DNA from: an uncultured Methylomirabilota bacterium
GTDB lineage: Bacteria > Methylomirabilota > Methylomirabilia > Methylomirabilales > 2-02-FULL-66-22
Length of the DNA stretch: 64,000 nt
Direction: 5' to 3'
Assembly: GCA_963845565.1 (NCBI GenBank)
Contig: CAWJSJ010000002.1
Location: forward strand, 1,760,001-1,824,000
Part shown: positions 9,965 through 19,526 of the stretch, piece by piece
How positions within the stretch are numbered: the first letter of the stretch is position 1
Layout: the number at the start of each line of letters is the position of its first letter
Program-made: the position numbers and the translations under genes
The notes under the pieces: generated by a model
Seen by the model: only the letters and a program-made list of their open reading frames with translations
Databases searched by the model: none
What the model was told of the DNA's origin: nothing

Positions 9965-11101
9965 ATGCAGACAGAATGGAAAGGAGACTATCTGGATGGC
10001 CAGACCGCCATCCGGCGGGCGGCGGCGGTCCGCCTCTTGCGGAGCGGGCTGGAGATCACCACCGAGACCGGTCACACGGCCTGGTGGCCGTACGGGGAAG
10101 TGCACCAGACCCAAGGCTTCTACGAAGGCCAGGAGGTCCGCCTGGAGCGCGGCGGGCCGCTTCCGGAGGTGGTGCTGATCCGCGATGCCGCGTTCCTAAG
10201 CGCCCTCCATCGGGCGGCACCAGACGTGGCGGCGCGGTTCCACGATCCCAGCCGTCGGCGAAGGCGCAGCGCGCTCACGGCTCTCGCGGCGCTCGCCGTC
10301 GTCGGGATCACGACGGCGCTCTATCTGTGGGGGATCCCCGGGATAGCGTCCGTCGTTGCGCCGCACGTTCCGCCGTCATGGGAGGAGCGCCTGGGAAGGA
10401 GCGTGAGCGAGCACCTGGCGCCCGAGGCGAGGCGCTGCAGCGAGAAGACCCGCGCGCAGGCGATTCAGGAGATCGCCGACTCCCTTCTCTCGACCGTGCG
10501 GGATTCCCCCTACACGTTCAGAGTCATGGTCGTGAACAACCCATCGGTGAACGCCCTAGCGGCTCCTGGGGGTTACGTCGTCGTCTTCCGTGGGTTGCTG
10601 GAGCAGACCCAGACCGCCGAGGAGTTGGCGGGCGTCCTCGCGCACGAGTTCCAGCATATCCTCTTCCGGCACACGACCCGCGCACTGCTCCGACACGCCT
10701 CGACCGGGTTGCTGCTTGCCGCCATCACCGGCGATATGACCGGGCCCATGGCGTACGGACTCGAGAGTGCCCGGATTCTCGGAGAGCTTCGCTATAGTCG
10801 GCAGGATGAGGACGAGGCGGACCGGGCGGGCTTCCGAATGCTGGTGGACGCTGGCGTGGACACCGCCGGCATGATCGCCTTCTTTGAGACGCTCGCGACG
10901 GACCGACCCAGGACGCTCACCCTTCCGCCGTACCTATCCACGCACCCGACCACCGAGGGGCGAATCGAACGGCTCCGATCGCTCGATTCGCGGACGCAGC
11001 CCGTCACGACCAGACTGCTTTCCGGTGTGGACTGGCGCGATGTTCGACGCCTCTGCGGGGCCACCAACCCGCTTGTCCGCCAAGCCGTTGTCAAAGAGTA
11101 A
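9965..11101 (+). CDS. M48-family metallopeptidase (Ste24-like)
   Basis: VNALAAPGG, ELAGVLAHEFQH (HExxH), YSRQDEDEAD and YLSTHP; typical partner of DUF898. Confidence 0.9.
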   Translation: MQTEWKGDYLDGQTAIRRAAAVRLLRSGLEITTETGHTAWWPYGEVHQTQGFYEGQEVRLERGGPLPEVVLIRDAAFLSALHRAAPDVAARFHDPSRRRRRSALTALAALAVVGITTALYLWGIPGIASVVAPHVPPSWEERLGRSVSEHLAPEARRCSEKTRAQAIQEIADSLLSTVRDSPYTFRVMVVNNPSVNALAAPGGYVVVFRGLLEQTQTAEELAGVLAHEFQHILFRHTTRALLRHASTGLLLAAITGDMTGPMAYGLESARILGELRYSRQDEDEADRAGFRMLVDAGVDTAGMIAFFETLATDRPRTLTLPPYLSTHPTTEGRIERLRSLDSRTQPVTTRLLSGVDWRDVRRLCGATNPLVRQAVVKE

Positions 11102-11189
11102 CCTGACCGGAGAAATTCCGGGAACGGCATAAGGAGCGGTGACGAAATTACAAGAGGTGGAGGGTTTCCCCTCCACCTCTTTTGTCACC
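11081..11189 (+). repeat. Dispersed ~105-bp repeat, copy 1 (diverged); contains a 13-bp hairpin that may terminate the M48 gene
   Basis: AAGCCGTTGTCAAAGAGTAACCTGACCGGAGAAATTCCGGGAACGGCATAAGGAGC matches the reverse complement of 33978-34083 and 60137-60240; AAGAGGTGGAGGG/CCCTCCACCTCTT stem. Confidence 0.75.
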
Positions 11190-11216
11190 AGGCGCCGGTG
11201 AAGTCCGCCAGAGGGG

Positions 11217-11526
11217 TTAATCCTCCGATTCGCTTCGCTCGTGCCTCTCTGCTCTCTTAATGTTCAGAACACCGCCGGGGGTTGGCGGCGGCGTGCCGAC
11301 CGCGTTCACCGTGATGGTGAAGATCACCGGAGCGCTCGTCAGCGCGGGGCTCCCGTTGTCGGTGGCGGTGCCGGCCTGAGCCGTGGTCGGCGTCCAGGCG
11401 AAGGTGTTGGTCGTCGCGTTCAGGGTCGCCCCGGTGGGCAGGTTGCCCGCCGAGAAGGTCAGGGCGCTGCCAGCATCCGGATCGGTCGCGGTTGCTGTGA
11501 GCGTGAGGAGCTGGTTTTCGTTCACG
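11217..11526 (-). pseudogene. Orphan Ig/cadherin-like repeat fragment, paralogous to the repeats of 11782-14850
   Basis: VNENQLLTLTATATDPD..LTFSAGNLPTGATL..FAWTP..ATDNGSP with an internal deletion; no signal peptide or credible start. Confidence 0.65.
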
Positions 11527-11633
11527 CGAGCGATGGGCCTACCAGTTGCCGCCCGCTCCACTGGCTCTTGATGGAATTCTTCAGGGCTGGCACATAGAGG
11601 CAAGGAAGAGTGAGAACAGTCGCCTTGCGACGG

Positions 11634-11673
11634 AAAAATGAGAAGCGGAGGTCCACTGAAGGACCCCCGCTTC
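11634..11673 (-). terminator. Rho-independent terminator after the large CxxCH-Ig gene
   Basis: GAAGCGGGGGTCC-TTCAGT-GGACCTCCGCTTC then TCATTTTT on the minus strand (one G-U pair). Confidence 0.65.
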
Positions 11674-11781
11674 GGAAGGTGGTGCGATGCCGCTTCACTT
11701 CACGAGCGTCTCGAGGTCGATCGAGAGGTCAGAGCCCGTTGGCGCTAGCGGTAACCGGTGCCGCGTCAGCGCCGACTCCCT

Positions 11782-14700
11782 CTAATCATCGTCAACTTGC
11801 ACTTGCGGAGCGACTGTCAATACCATCCGGCCCCACGCCTGCCAGGCGTCCGCGGTCACGCCGTTATTGCGGACCCAGGCGTGGACCTCGTAGTCTCCGG
11901 GGGCAGTGGGCGTCCAGCGGAGGGTGTTGCCGGGGGCCCACTCCTGCGCGACGCTCCAGGCGCTCCCGTTCCAGACCCACCACTTGAACTGATAGGGGGC
12001 GGTGCCCCCGGTCGCCGTGGCGGTGAGGGTGACGGACCGGCCGACCGGTCGGATGCCCGTCCGGTTGGCGGTGACGCTGGCCATGGTCGGGGCGGGGGTG
12101 GCCGTCACCGTGTAGGCGAGACGTCCCCACGCCTGCCAGGTGTCCGCGGTCACGCCGTTATTGCGGACCCAGGCATGGACCTCGTAGGCTCCGGGGACGG
12201 TGGGCGTCCAGGTGAGGGTGTTGCCGGTCCCCCACTCCCGCGCGACGGTCCAGGCGCTCCCGTTCCAGACCCACCACTTGAACTGATAGGGGGCGGTGCC
12301 CCCAGTCGCCGTGGCGGTGAGGGTGAGGGGCGTCCCGGCAACCTGCGGGCTCGCCTGGGTGGCGGTGACGCTGGACATGGTGGGAAGGGAAGCGGTGGGA
12401 GCAGCCGTCACCGTGTAGGTGAGGCGTCCCCACGCCTGCCAGGTGTCCGCGGTCACGCCGTTGTTGCGGACCCAGGCGTGGACCTCGTAGTTGCCGGGCG
12501 CCGGCGGCGTCCAGGTGAGGGTGTTGCCGGTCCCCCACTCTCGCGCGACGGTCCAGGCGCTGCCGTTCCAGACCCACCACTTGAACTGATAGGGGGCGGT
12601 GCCCCCGGTTGCCGTGGCGGTGAGCGTGAGGGCCGTCCCGGCCACCACCGGGCTCGCCTGGGTGGCGGTGACGCTGGACATGGTAATCGGGGTGGTGGCG
12701 GAGGAGCAGCCGTCACCGTGATGGTAAAGGTTTGCGAGGCGCTCAACGCCGGGCTGCCGTTGTCGGTCACGGCGACCGTCACGGAGTAGGGCGTCGCGCT
12801 GGCCTGACCCGCCGCCGGCGTCCAACTGAAGGCCCCAGCCGACGTCAAGGTCGCACCGGTCGGCAGCGTCGCGCTCGCAAAGGTCAACGCGTTACCGTCC
12901 GGATCGCTGGCACTCAGCGTGAACGAGAGCAACTGCCCGGTGTTCACCGTCTTGTTGCCTGGATTCGTCAGGACCGGCGCTCGGTTCGCGGCCGCCGGAG
13001 TGTTCACAGTGATGGTAAAGGTCACCGACGCGCTTGTCAGCGCCGGGCTCCCGTTGTCGGTGGCGGTGACCGTCACGGAGTAGGGCGTCGCGCTGGCCTG
13101 ACCCGCCGCCGGCGTCCAGGAGAAGGCGCCGGTTGTCGCGTTCAGGGTCGCGCCGGCCGGCAGGGTTGCGCCGGCGGAGAACGTCAGCGCGTTGCCGTCC
13201 GGATCACTCCCGGTGATCGTGAACGACAGCGGCTGACCTGCGGTCACCGTCTTGTTGCCGGGGTTCGTCACCGTCGGTGCACGGTTCACGGGTGCTGTCG
13301 TGCTCACCGTGATCGTGAAGGTCTGCGACGCGACCTGCCCGCCTGGGTCGGTCACAGTGACCGTCACGGAGTAAGGCGTCGCGCTGGCCTGACCCGCCGC
13401 CGGCGTCCAGCTGAAGGTTGCCGTGCCGTTGGTGAGTCCGGGGACCACGCTCGCGCCATTTGGCAACGTCGAGCTTGAGAAGACGAGCAGATCTCCGTCG
13501 GGATCGCTCGCGGTGAGCGCGAGCGTCAGCAGTTGCCCTTCGGCCACAGCCCGGTTACCGGGGTTCGTCAACACCGGCGGCCGGTTGACGTTGCCGACGG
13601 TGATGGTGAAGGCCTCGAAGTCGCTCGCCACCGGACTCCCATTGTCGGTCACGGTGATGGTGACGATGTAGGTGCCGGCCTGAGCGAAAGTGGGCGTCCA
13701 GCTGAAGGCCCCCGCCGGTGTCAGAGTCGCGCCGGTGGGCAGATCCCCCCGCCGAGAACGTCAGCGCGTTGCCGTCCGGATCCGTTGCGGTGGCGGTAAA
13801 CGCGAGGAGCACCCCCTCGGTCCCCGTCTTGGCACCGATCGGCGCCAGCACCGGAGGCCGGTTGACATTACCAACGGTGATGGTGACGATCTCCGAGGCG
13901 ATCAGGCCCCCGGTGTCGGTCACGGTCACGGTGACGTTGAAGTTACCGGCCTGACCCGTCGCCGGCGTCCAGCTGAAGGCTCCAGCCGGTGTCAGAGTCG
14001 CGCCGGTGGGCAGACCCCCCGCCGAGAAGGTCAGCGCGTTGCCGTCCGGGTCCGTCGCCGTGGCCGTGAAGGTGAGGGGCTGTCCCTCGGCCCCCGTCTT
14101 GGCACCGATCGGCGCCAGCACCGGCGGCCGGTTGACATTACCAACGGTGATGGTGAACGTCTCAAAGTCGCTCGCCACCGGACTCCCGTTGTCGGTCACG
14201 GTGATGGTGACCGAGTAGGGAGTGGTCTGCCCCTGCGTGAAGCTCGGCGTCCAACTGAAGGCGCCGGCGGGAGTCAGGGTCGCCCCGGTCGGCAGATTGC
14301 CGCCCGAGAAGGTCAGGGCATTGCCGTTCGGATCGGTCGCGGTGGCCGTGAACGTGAGCGGCTGTCCTTCGTTCACCGTCTTGGCACCGATCGGGTTCAG
14401 CACCGGCGGCTGGTTGCCGGCGACCGTCGGGTCCAGGGGCAGGTTCACCACGCCGGCCGGCAGCGTGGTCACGCCGTTGTTGTTGCAGCCGGCCGTGGTC
14501 GCGACACACCAGCCGGGCTGGGTGCCGCCTTGGATCTCCGCGAGGTTGGTGCCACCCACACCATCGGAGTTTAGGCTGTCGACGGCGATGAGATTCGCGG
14601 TGATATCGCCCGTGGCCGCCCCGCCGCCCAACGCATCGAGATCAACCCCGTAGCGGTTGAAGGACGACGCGTTGTTGCTCGCTGCGTGGCACAATTTGCA

Positions 14701-14850
14701 GGACGCAGCTTCGGTGCCGGTGTTCCCGTACCGCGCCGTGAATTGCGTCAGGTACTCCGACAACGCATGCGCCGTCCCAGGGGACAGCACCACCATGAAC
14801 AACATGAAGAAGATGACTCCAGCAGATACCCTCAGTGTCGTTGCGCGCAT
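11782..14850 (-). CDS. Exported ~1020-aa protein: CxxCH domain + 6 cadherin/He_PIG-like repeats + 3 Trp-rich repeats (two compensating frameshifts at ~13745 and ~12690)
   Basis: Signal peptide ending AHA; CKLCH; six N[QR]xP[VT] repeats; three YQFKWWVWNGSAW repeats; three overlapping ORFs join at G/C runs. Confidence 0.78.
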
Positions 14851-15276
14851 CTCGATTCCCCCCCCGTCCCGATTTATAGCAAACAACAAGTTGGTGGATG
14901 CACCCTCACGATTTCAGTTACATCATCTCTCCCCTATGCGTTCCGCTCCGGCTTGCGATCGTCGGGACCGACGCATGCATCACGCGCGCGACATGACACG
15001 CTTGTCCACAAGGTGGCCGGCCACACCATCACGCGGCTTGAATGAGATTGCCCTTCAGGATTGAGGTAATTGTTCCGCATGTCATCTGAATACGACCGGC
15101 GGCCATGTTTCGCTCTCGAAGAATAGACACATCCCGTGTGGTGATTTGCCCACGCCATGCGCCCCCACATTTTCTATATTGCACACTGAGCTATTGGGAC
15201 ACGGACCCCCGTTCGACTGAACGCAACACGGTTATCACGGATCCGTTGGACTCGGCAGAAATCCATACCTGATAAA

Positions 15277-15292
15277 AGCAATCTCCATGCCC
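15277..15292 (-). promoter_or_regulatory. Putative sigma-54 (-24/-12) promoter
   Basis: GGGCATGGAGATTGCT = GG-N10-GC; same core at 19212-19227. Confidence 0.65.
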
Positions 15293-15376
15293 ACACGGGA
15301 TCACGCTCGATGGATCAGGGGTCTTGGCGGCAAGTGGTCGGGATTCAAGGACGTTGGTGTCGAGTCACCACCGCAA

Positions 15377-15390
15377 ACTGACCGGTCAGT
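15377..15390. promoter_or_regulatory. Palindrome; candidate upstream activator site
   Basis: ACTGAC-CG-GTCAGT, conserved at 19312-19325. Confidence 0.5.
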
Positions 15391-15590
15391 CTGGTCGCCA
15401 CACCACGAGGGAAAGCAGGAAGTTTTTCATGAGGGCGTGTAAGAGTTACGGGCCTGCCAGGATGGGAGGGTTGCTCTTGCGTGCGCAGCGATGAACGGGC
15501 CGCGCGCGTCGTGCGTGGGTAGGCGGGCGTGTTCGCGAAAGAGGCGTTCACGCGTCGAGTCGCGAGCCCTCGCTTGCGAGTTTGTGCGAC

Positions 15591-15782
15591 CTATCGGGCG
15601 CTCCCGCTGACCTTGTTCCTCGCCGGAGTTCTGGGCGGGGCCGCCAGCGTTGCCCAATCTGTGCCCAGGGCGTTGCTCAGGTGGTAGCAGACCTTGTTCC
15701 ACTGGCGGACCAGGCCGACGGTGAGTGGCTTTGCCTCGTTGCTCTTGGCGGGGATGGCGCCCCAGCGGCGCATCGGTTCCAC
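15591..15782 (-). pseudogene. Duplicated 3' end of the M28 peptidase gene
   Basis: EPMRRWGAIPAKSNEAKPLTVGLVRQWNKVCYHLSNAL vs EPMRRLGVIPAKSSEAKQLVVGLVRQRNKMCYHLSNAL. Confidence 0.85.
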
Positions 15783-15856
15783 GCCCGATGGCTGAGCGAA
15801 ACGGATCGGCGATTCAGGAGTCGTGAGCGCGGCGCTGGTGGGCGACGAGGACTCTT

Positions 15857-16924
15857 CTACCGGAGACGGTACGTCTTGGTCATGAGCTGCCCCTGTCGCT
15901 GCAGGTGGAGTTCGACGACCGATATGCTCGGGTCGCGCTTGACCTGCTGATACAGTCGGAACAAGTCCGGGAAGCCGTTGATCGGCTGGCCGTTTATCGC
16001 CAGCACGACATCCCCGGCCTCGATCCCGGCCCGTTCGGCCATATTGGGGCTGACCACGCGAAAACCGCGTGGACCCAGGACCCCGTCGGCGACGGCCGAC
16101 TTCACGCTGAAGTTCATGCCCTGATCGAGCGAGAGCATCGGCCGGATCGTGGACATGGCCTCCGCCAGAATCCTCCCGCCGTGGTCGAAGGCCATCTGCG
16201 CGTCGGCCGCGTTAATCTCGTAGGTATCCGGGCCGGCCGGTTTGACCCGAACCTTGTCCAGAATCGCCTTATCCAGCCGCCGCTCCAACTGCAGCGAGCG
16301 GTCCGTTGCCGGCGGCGGGATTGGTGGAGCGGATGGGACGGCAACGGCCACGATCTGCGGGCTGGTGATATCCACTTCCAGGTGGCCGCGACGCTCCCGG
16401 ATTTGCAGCAGTCGAGGCTCGGGATCAACGGTGCTGCCCGCGGTGACATAGCGGTACTCGACCCCGTCGAGAAGGACCGTACCTTCCAGGCGCCGGCCGC
16501 CCGAGCCCGGAATCACGCCGCCCACTTCTACCCGAAACGATTTCGGGCCACGGGTATCGCGGATCTGCAGTCCGTCTGGGTGGAGTTTGTCCACGATGAA
16601 CCCTTGACCGGCCGCGTTCGGATCCGGAAGGAAATCCCCATTGGTATACAGGCGCCGTGTACTGGCTCGAGGCTCGCTGACGATGGCGAAACGTTGTGGG
16701 GTCGCGAACGTCACCTCAGCGGTCGGGGAGGGGTCCGGCGCCGTCGCCTCGATCGGCGCGCGCGACACGGGCGCGACTGGGGCCTTCGATTGAGCGGCCG
16801 GGGCCTTCGTCTGGCTCGCGGCGGCCGCCGGGTCAGTCCAGGAAAGCAGCGCACTCGCGGCCAGCGCGGTCGTCAGCGAGCACCGCCACGCGCGATGGCG
16901 CCCGATGGAAAGATGGGCTCGCAT
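15857..16924 (-). CDS. Exported protein with C-terminal PDZ domain (GspC-like C-terminus)
   Basis: Signal-like N-terminus; RAGIEAGDVVLAINGQPI..LQRQGQLMTKTYRLR; GGAGG RBS. Confidence 0.72.
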   Translation of the reverse strand: MRAHLSIGRHRAWRCSLTTALAASALLSWTDPAAAASQTKAPAAQSKAPVAPVSRAPIEATAPDPSPTAEVTFATPQRFAIVSEPRASTRRLYTNGDFLPDPNAAGQGFIVDKLHPDGLQIRDTRGPKSFRVEVGGVIPGSGGRRLEGTVLLDGVEYRYVTAGSTVDPEPRLLQIRERRGHLEVDITSPQIVAVAVPSAPPIPPPATDRSLQLERRLDKAILDKVRVKPAGPDTYEINAADAQMAFDHGGRILAEAMSTIRPMLSLDQGMNFSVKSAVADGVLGPRGFRVVSPNMAERAGIEAGDVVLAINGQPINGFPDLFRLYQQVKRDPSISVVELHLQRQGQLMTKTYRLR

Positions 16925-16935
16925 GTTTGCCTCCT

Positions 16936-18843
16936 TCAGCCCCGGCGGGACCGGCGGACGACCAGCCAGACTCCGACGATGGGTAGGAGCGGCATCCCAA
17001 ACCCAATCGCCGGTGACCACAATGCCAACGTCGCCCAGCCCAGGAGCGGCATCAGGGCGAACCGCACAACCGCCCGGAGGGTCTCCGAACGGCCGATGAC
17101 GCCCGCAACCCCCGGGCTCACGGCGTAGTACCAATCCACCAGCACTCGCCCTGGCCCATACGGCAGGAGATAGGTATCGCGGACCTCGCGCAGGAGCTGG
17201 ACCTGCGGTGCCAGGGGTGACCCGAACGCCGCCGTGGCGATGAAGCAGCCACCGCCCGAGGAAGCCGGTGCGGGCGCATACAGAACCGAGACAACCACAT
17301 TTGACTGCGTGCTACTCAGTACGCCATCGCTCACGACAAGTCCCACCACATAGCTTCCGGCCCAGACGGGAGTGAAGGTCGGGTTCGCCGTCGTGGGATT
17401 CCCCAGCGTCGCCGCGCTCCCCGCGGGCTGGGAGACGAAAAACCACCGGTAGGTAAGCGCTTGGCCTTGAGGATCGCTCGAGCCGCTGCCATCGAGCGTG
17501 ACCGTGGTTCCCACGGTAACCGCCTGATCCGGCCCGGCATTTGCCACCGGCGCGAGGTTTCCCGCAGCCGCGGTGACCACCACCGTATCCGGCGGGCTGT
17601 TCACCTGCCCGTCGTTGACGATCAACTGCACCGTGTAGCTGCCCGCCACATCGGCCACGAAGGTCGGCTGCACCGCCGCGACATTCGAGAGCGCCGCCAC
17701 GCTCCCCGCGGGCCGGGAGACGAACGACCAGGCGTAGGTCAGCGGATCTCCGTTGGGGTCGGTCGAGCCGCTGCCATTCAACGTGACCGTCTGCCCCACA
17801 TTGACCGCCTGATCCAGCCCGGCATTCGCCACCGGCGGGAGATTTCCCGTAGTCACCAACACCGTATCCGGCGGGCTGTTCACCTGCCCGTCGTTGACGA
17901 TCAACTGCACCGTGTAGCTGCCCGCCACATCGGCCACGAAGGTCGGCTGCACCGCCGCGACATTCGAGAGCGCCGCCACGCTCCCCGCGGGCCGGGAGAC
18001 GAACGACCAGGCGTAGGTCAGCGGATCTCCGTTGGGGTCGGTCGAGCCGCTGCCATTCAACGTGACCGTCTGCCCCACATTGACCGCCTGATCCGGCCCG
18101 GCATTCGCCACCGGCGGGAGATTCTGGGCGGGGGCCGCGGTGACCACCACCGTATCCGGCGGGCTGTTCACCTGCCCGTCGTTGACGATCAACTGCACCG
18201 TGTAGCTGCCCGCCACATCGGCCACGAAGGTCGGCTGCACCGCCGCGACATTCGAGAGCGCCGCCACGCTCCCCGCGGGCCGGGAGACGAACGACCAGGC
18301 GTAGGTCAGCGGATCTCCGTTGGGGTCGGTCGAGCCGCTGCCGTTCAGAATGGCCGTCTGCCCCACATTGACCGCCTGATCCGGCCCGGCATTTGCCACC
18401 GGGGGGGTGTTACCCGGGCCTGCCGGGTCCAGGGGCAGCGTCGGCACGGGGGGCGGCAGCGTGGTCACGCCGTTGTTGTTGCAGCCGGCGGTGGTTGCGA
18501 CACACCAACCGGGCTGGGTGCCGCCTTGGATCTCCGCGAGGTTGGTGCCGCCCACACCATCGGAGTCGAGGCCTTCGACTGCGATGAGATTCGAGGTGAT
18601 ATCGCCGGTGGCCGCCCCGCCGCCCAACGCATCGAGATCAACCCCGTAGCGGTTGAAGGACGACGCGTTGTTGCTCGCTGCGTGGCACAGTTTGCACGAC
18701 GCAGCCTCGGTGCCGGTGTTGCCGTACCGCACCGTGAATTGCGTCAGGTACTCCGACAAGGCGTGCGCCGTCCCTGCGGACAGCGCCAGTGCCAACAAGA
18801 AGGAAATGGCCGCGGCAGATACCGTTCGCGTCGTTGCCCTCAT
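16936..18843 (-). CDS. Exported protein: CxxCH domain + 4 PKD-like repeats + CFI-box-CTERM-like tail
   Basis: Signal ending AHA; CKLCH; four PVANAGxDQ repeats; GGGCFIATAAFGS..VQLLREVRD followed by a TM helix and RRSRR. Confidence 0.85.
   Translation of the reverse strand: MRATTRTVSAAAISFLLALALSAGTAHALSEYLTQFTVRYGNTGTEAASCKLCHAASNNASSFNRYGVDLDALGGGAATGDITSNLIAVEGLDSDGVGGTNLAEIQGGTQPGWCVATTAGCNNNGVTTLPPPVPTLPLDPAGPGNTPPVANAGPDQAVNVGQTAILNGSGSTDPNGDPLTYAWSFVSRPAGSVAALSNVAAVQPTFVADVAGSYTVQLIVNDGQVNSPPDTVVVTAAPAQNLPPVANAGPDQAVNVGQTVTLNGSGSTDPNGDPLTYAWSFVSRPAGSVAALSNVAAVQPTFVADVAGSYTVQLIVNDGQVNSPPDTVLVTTGNLPPVANAGLDQAVNVGQTVTLNGSGSTDPNGDPLTYAWSFVSRPAGSVAALSNVAAVQPTFVADVAGSYTVQLIVNDGQVNSPPDTVVVTAAAGNLAPVANAGPDQAVTVGTTVTLDGSGSSDPQGQALTYRWFFVSQPAGSAATLGNPTTANPTFTPVWAGSYVVGLVVSDGVLSSTQSNVVVSVLYAPAPASSGGGCFIATAAFGSPLAPQVQLLREVRDTYLLPYGPGRVLVDWYYAVSPGVAGVIGRSETLRAVVRFALMPLLGWATLALWSPAIGFGMPLLPIVGVWLVVRRSRRG
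17581..18400. repeat. Three near-identical ~280-bp intragenic tandem repeats (PKD-like units)
   Basis: ACCGTATCCGGCGGGCTGTTCACCTGCCCGTCG recurs at ~17582, ~17861 and ~18149. Confidence 0.9.
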
Positions 18844-19211
18844 CTCAATCCCCCCCCGTCACGGTCTTCAGAAAACAACCGATCCGCGGCCATGCCGCTC
18901 ATATGCATATCAACGAAACCGACCGGAACATCCCGACTGGTTTTGTTTTCGCGTCGATCGGGGGAAAACCAAGGAGTGTTGGGACCGTTGACACTTGCGA
19001 GAAGAACGTTTTGGCATGGTCCGGCGATCGGGTTGATCTACCGACTTCCGGAGTGGATGCGCCGTCCCATTCTCACGCAACCTCAAAAAGATTAATGTGC
19101 CAAGAACCGCCGCGCAAGAAGGTTTTATCTTTGACGCCTCGGAAGCAATTAGGGTACGAGGTACCGATGATCACGGATCCGCAGGACCTGGTGAAAACGA
19201 AAAGTGATAAT

Positions 19212-19227
19212 AGCAATCTCCATGCCT
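19212..19227 (-). promoter_or_regulatory. Putative sigma-54 (-24/-12) promoter
   Basis: AGGCATGGAGATTGCT = GG-N10-GC. Confidence 0.65.
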
Positions 19228-19311
19228 TCACGGATCACTTCTAATCGATTCGGAGGTCGAAGCAGGAAGTCTACCGGATTCAATGAGGTTGGTGTGGCGT
19301 CAACCAGGTGA

Positions 19312-19325
19312 ACTGACGGGTCAGT
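19312..19325. promoter_or_regulatory. Palindrome; candidate upstream activator site
   Basis: ACTGAC-GG-GTCAGT; a second palindrome, TGTAATATTTACA, lies at 19371-19383. Confidence 0.5.
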
Positions 19326-19526
19326 CTGGTGGCCACACTACGAGGTTAGGAGCAGGTCTTACGTGGAGTGTGTAATATTTACAGGTCGGGCAGGATCTGA
19401 GAGCTGCTCGCGCGTGTACAGCAGTAATGATCGGGTCGCGCACGTCATGCGTGGGCAGGCGGGCGCGTCAGCGACCGAGGCGTCTGCTGTTCGGCTCTCG
19501 ATCCTTCGCGCGGGCGCTGGTCCGGA

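Noticed and set aside
15090..15160. c-di-GMP-I (GEMM) riboswitch in the leader (GGGCAAA on the minus strand)
   Set aside because: Lacks the GNRA-capped P2 and the GACGCAAAG segment
17461..19095. Long antisense ORFs (also 19468-21441, 25307-27052, 53269-54636 and others)
   Set aside because: Arg/Gly/Pro-rich shadow or alternative frames of real genes in high-GC DNA
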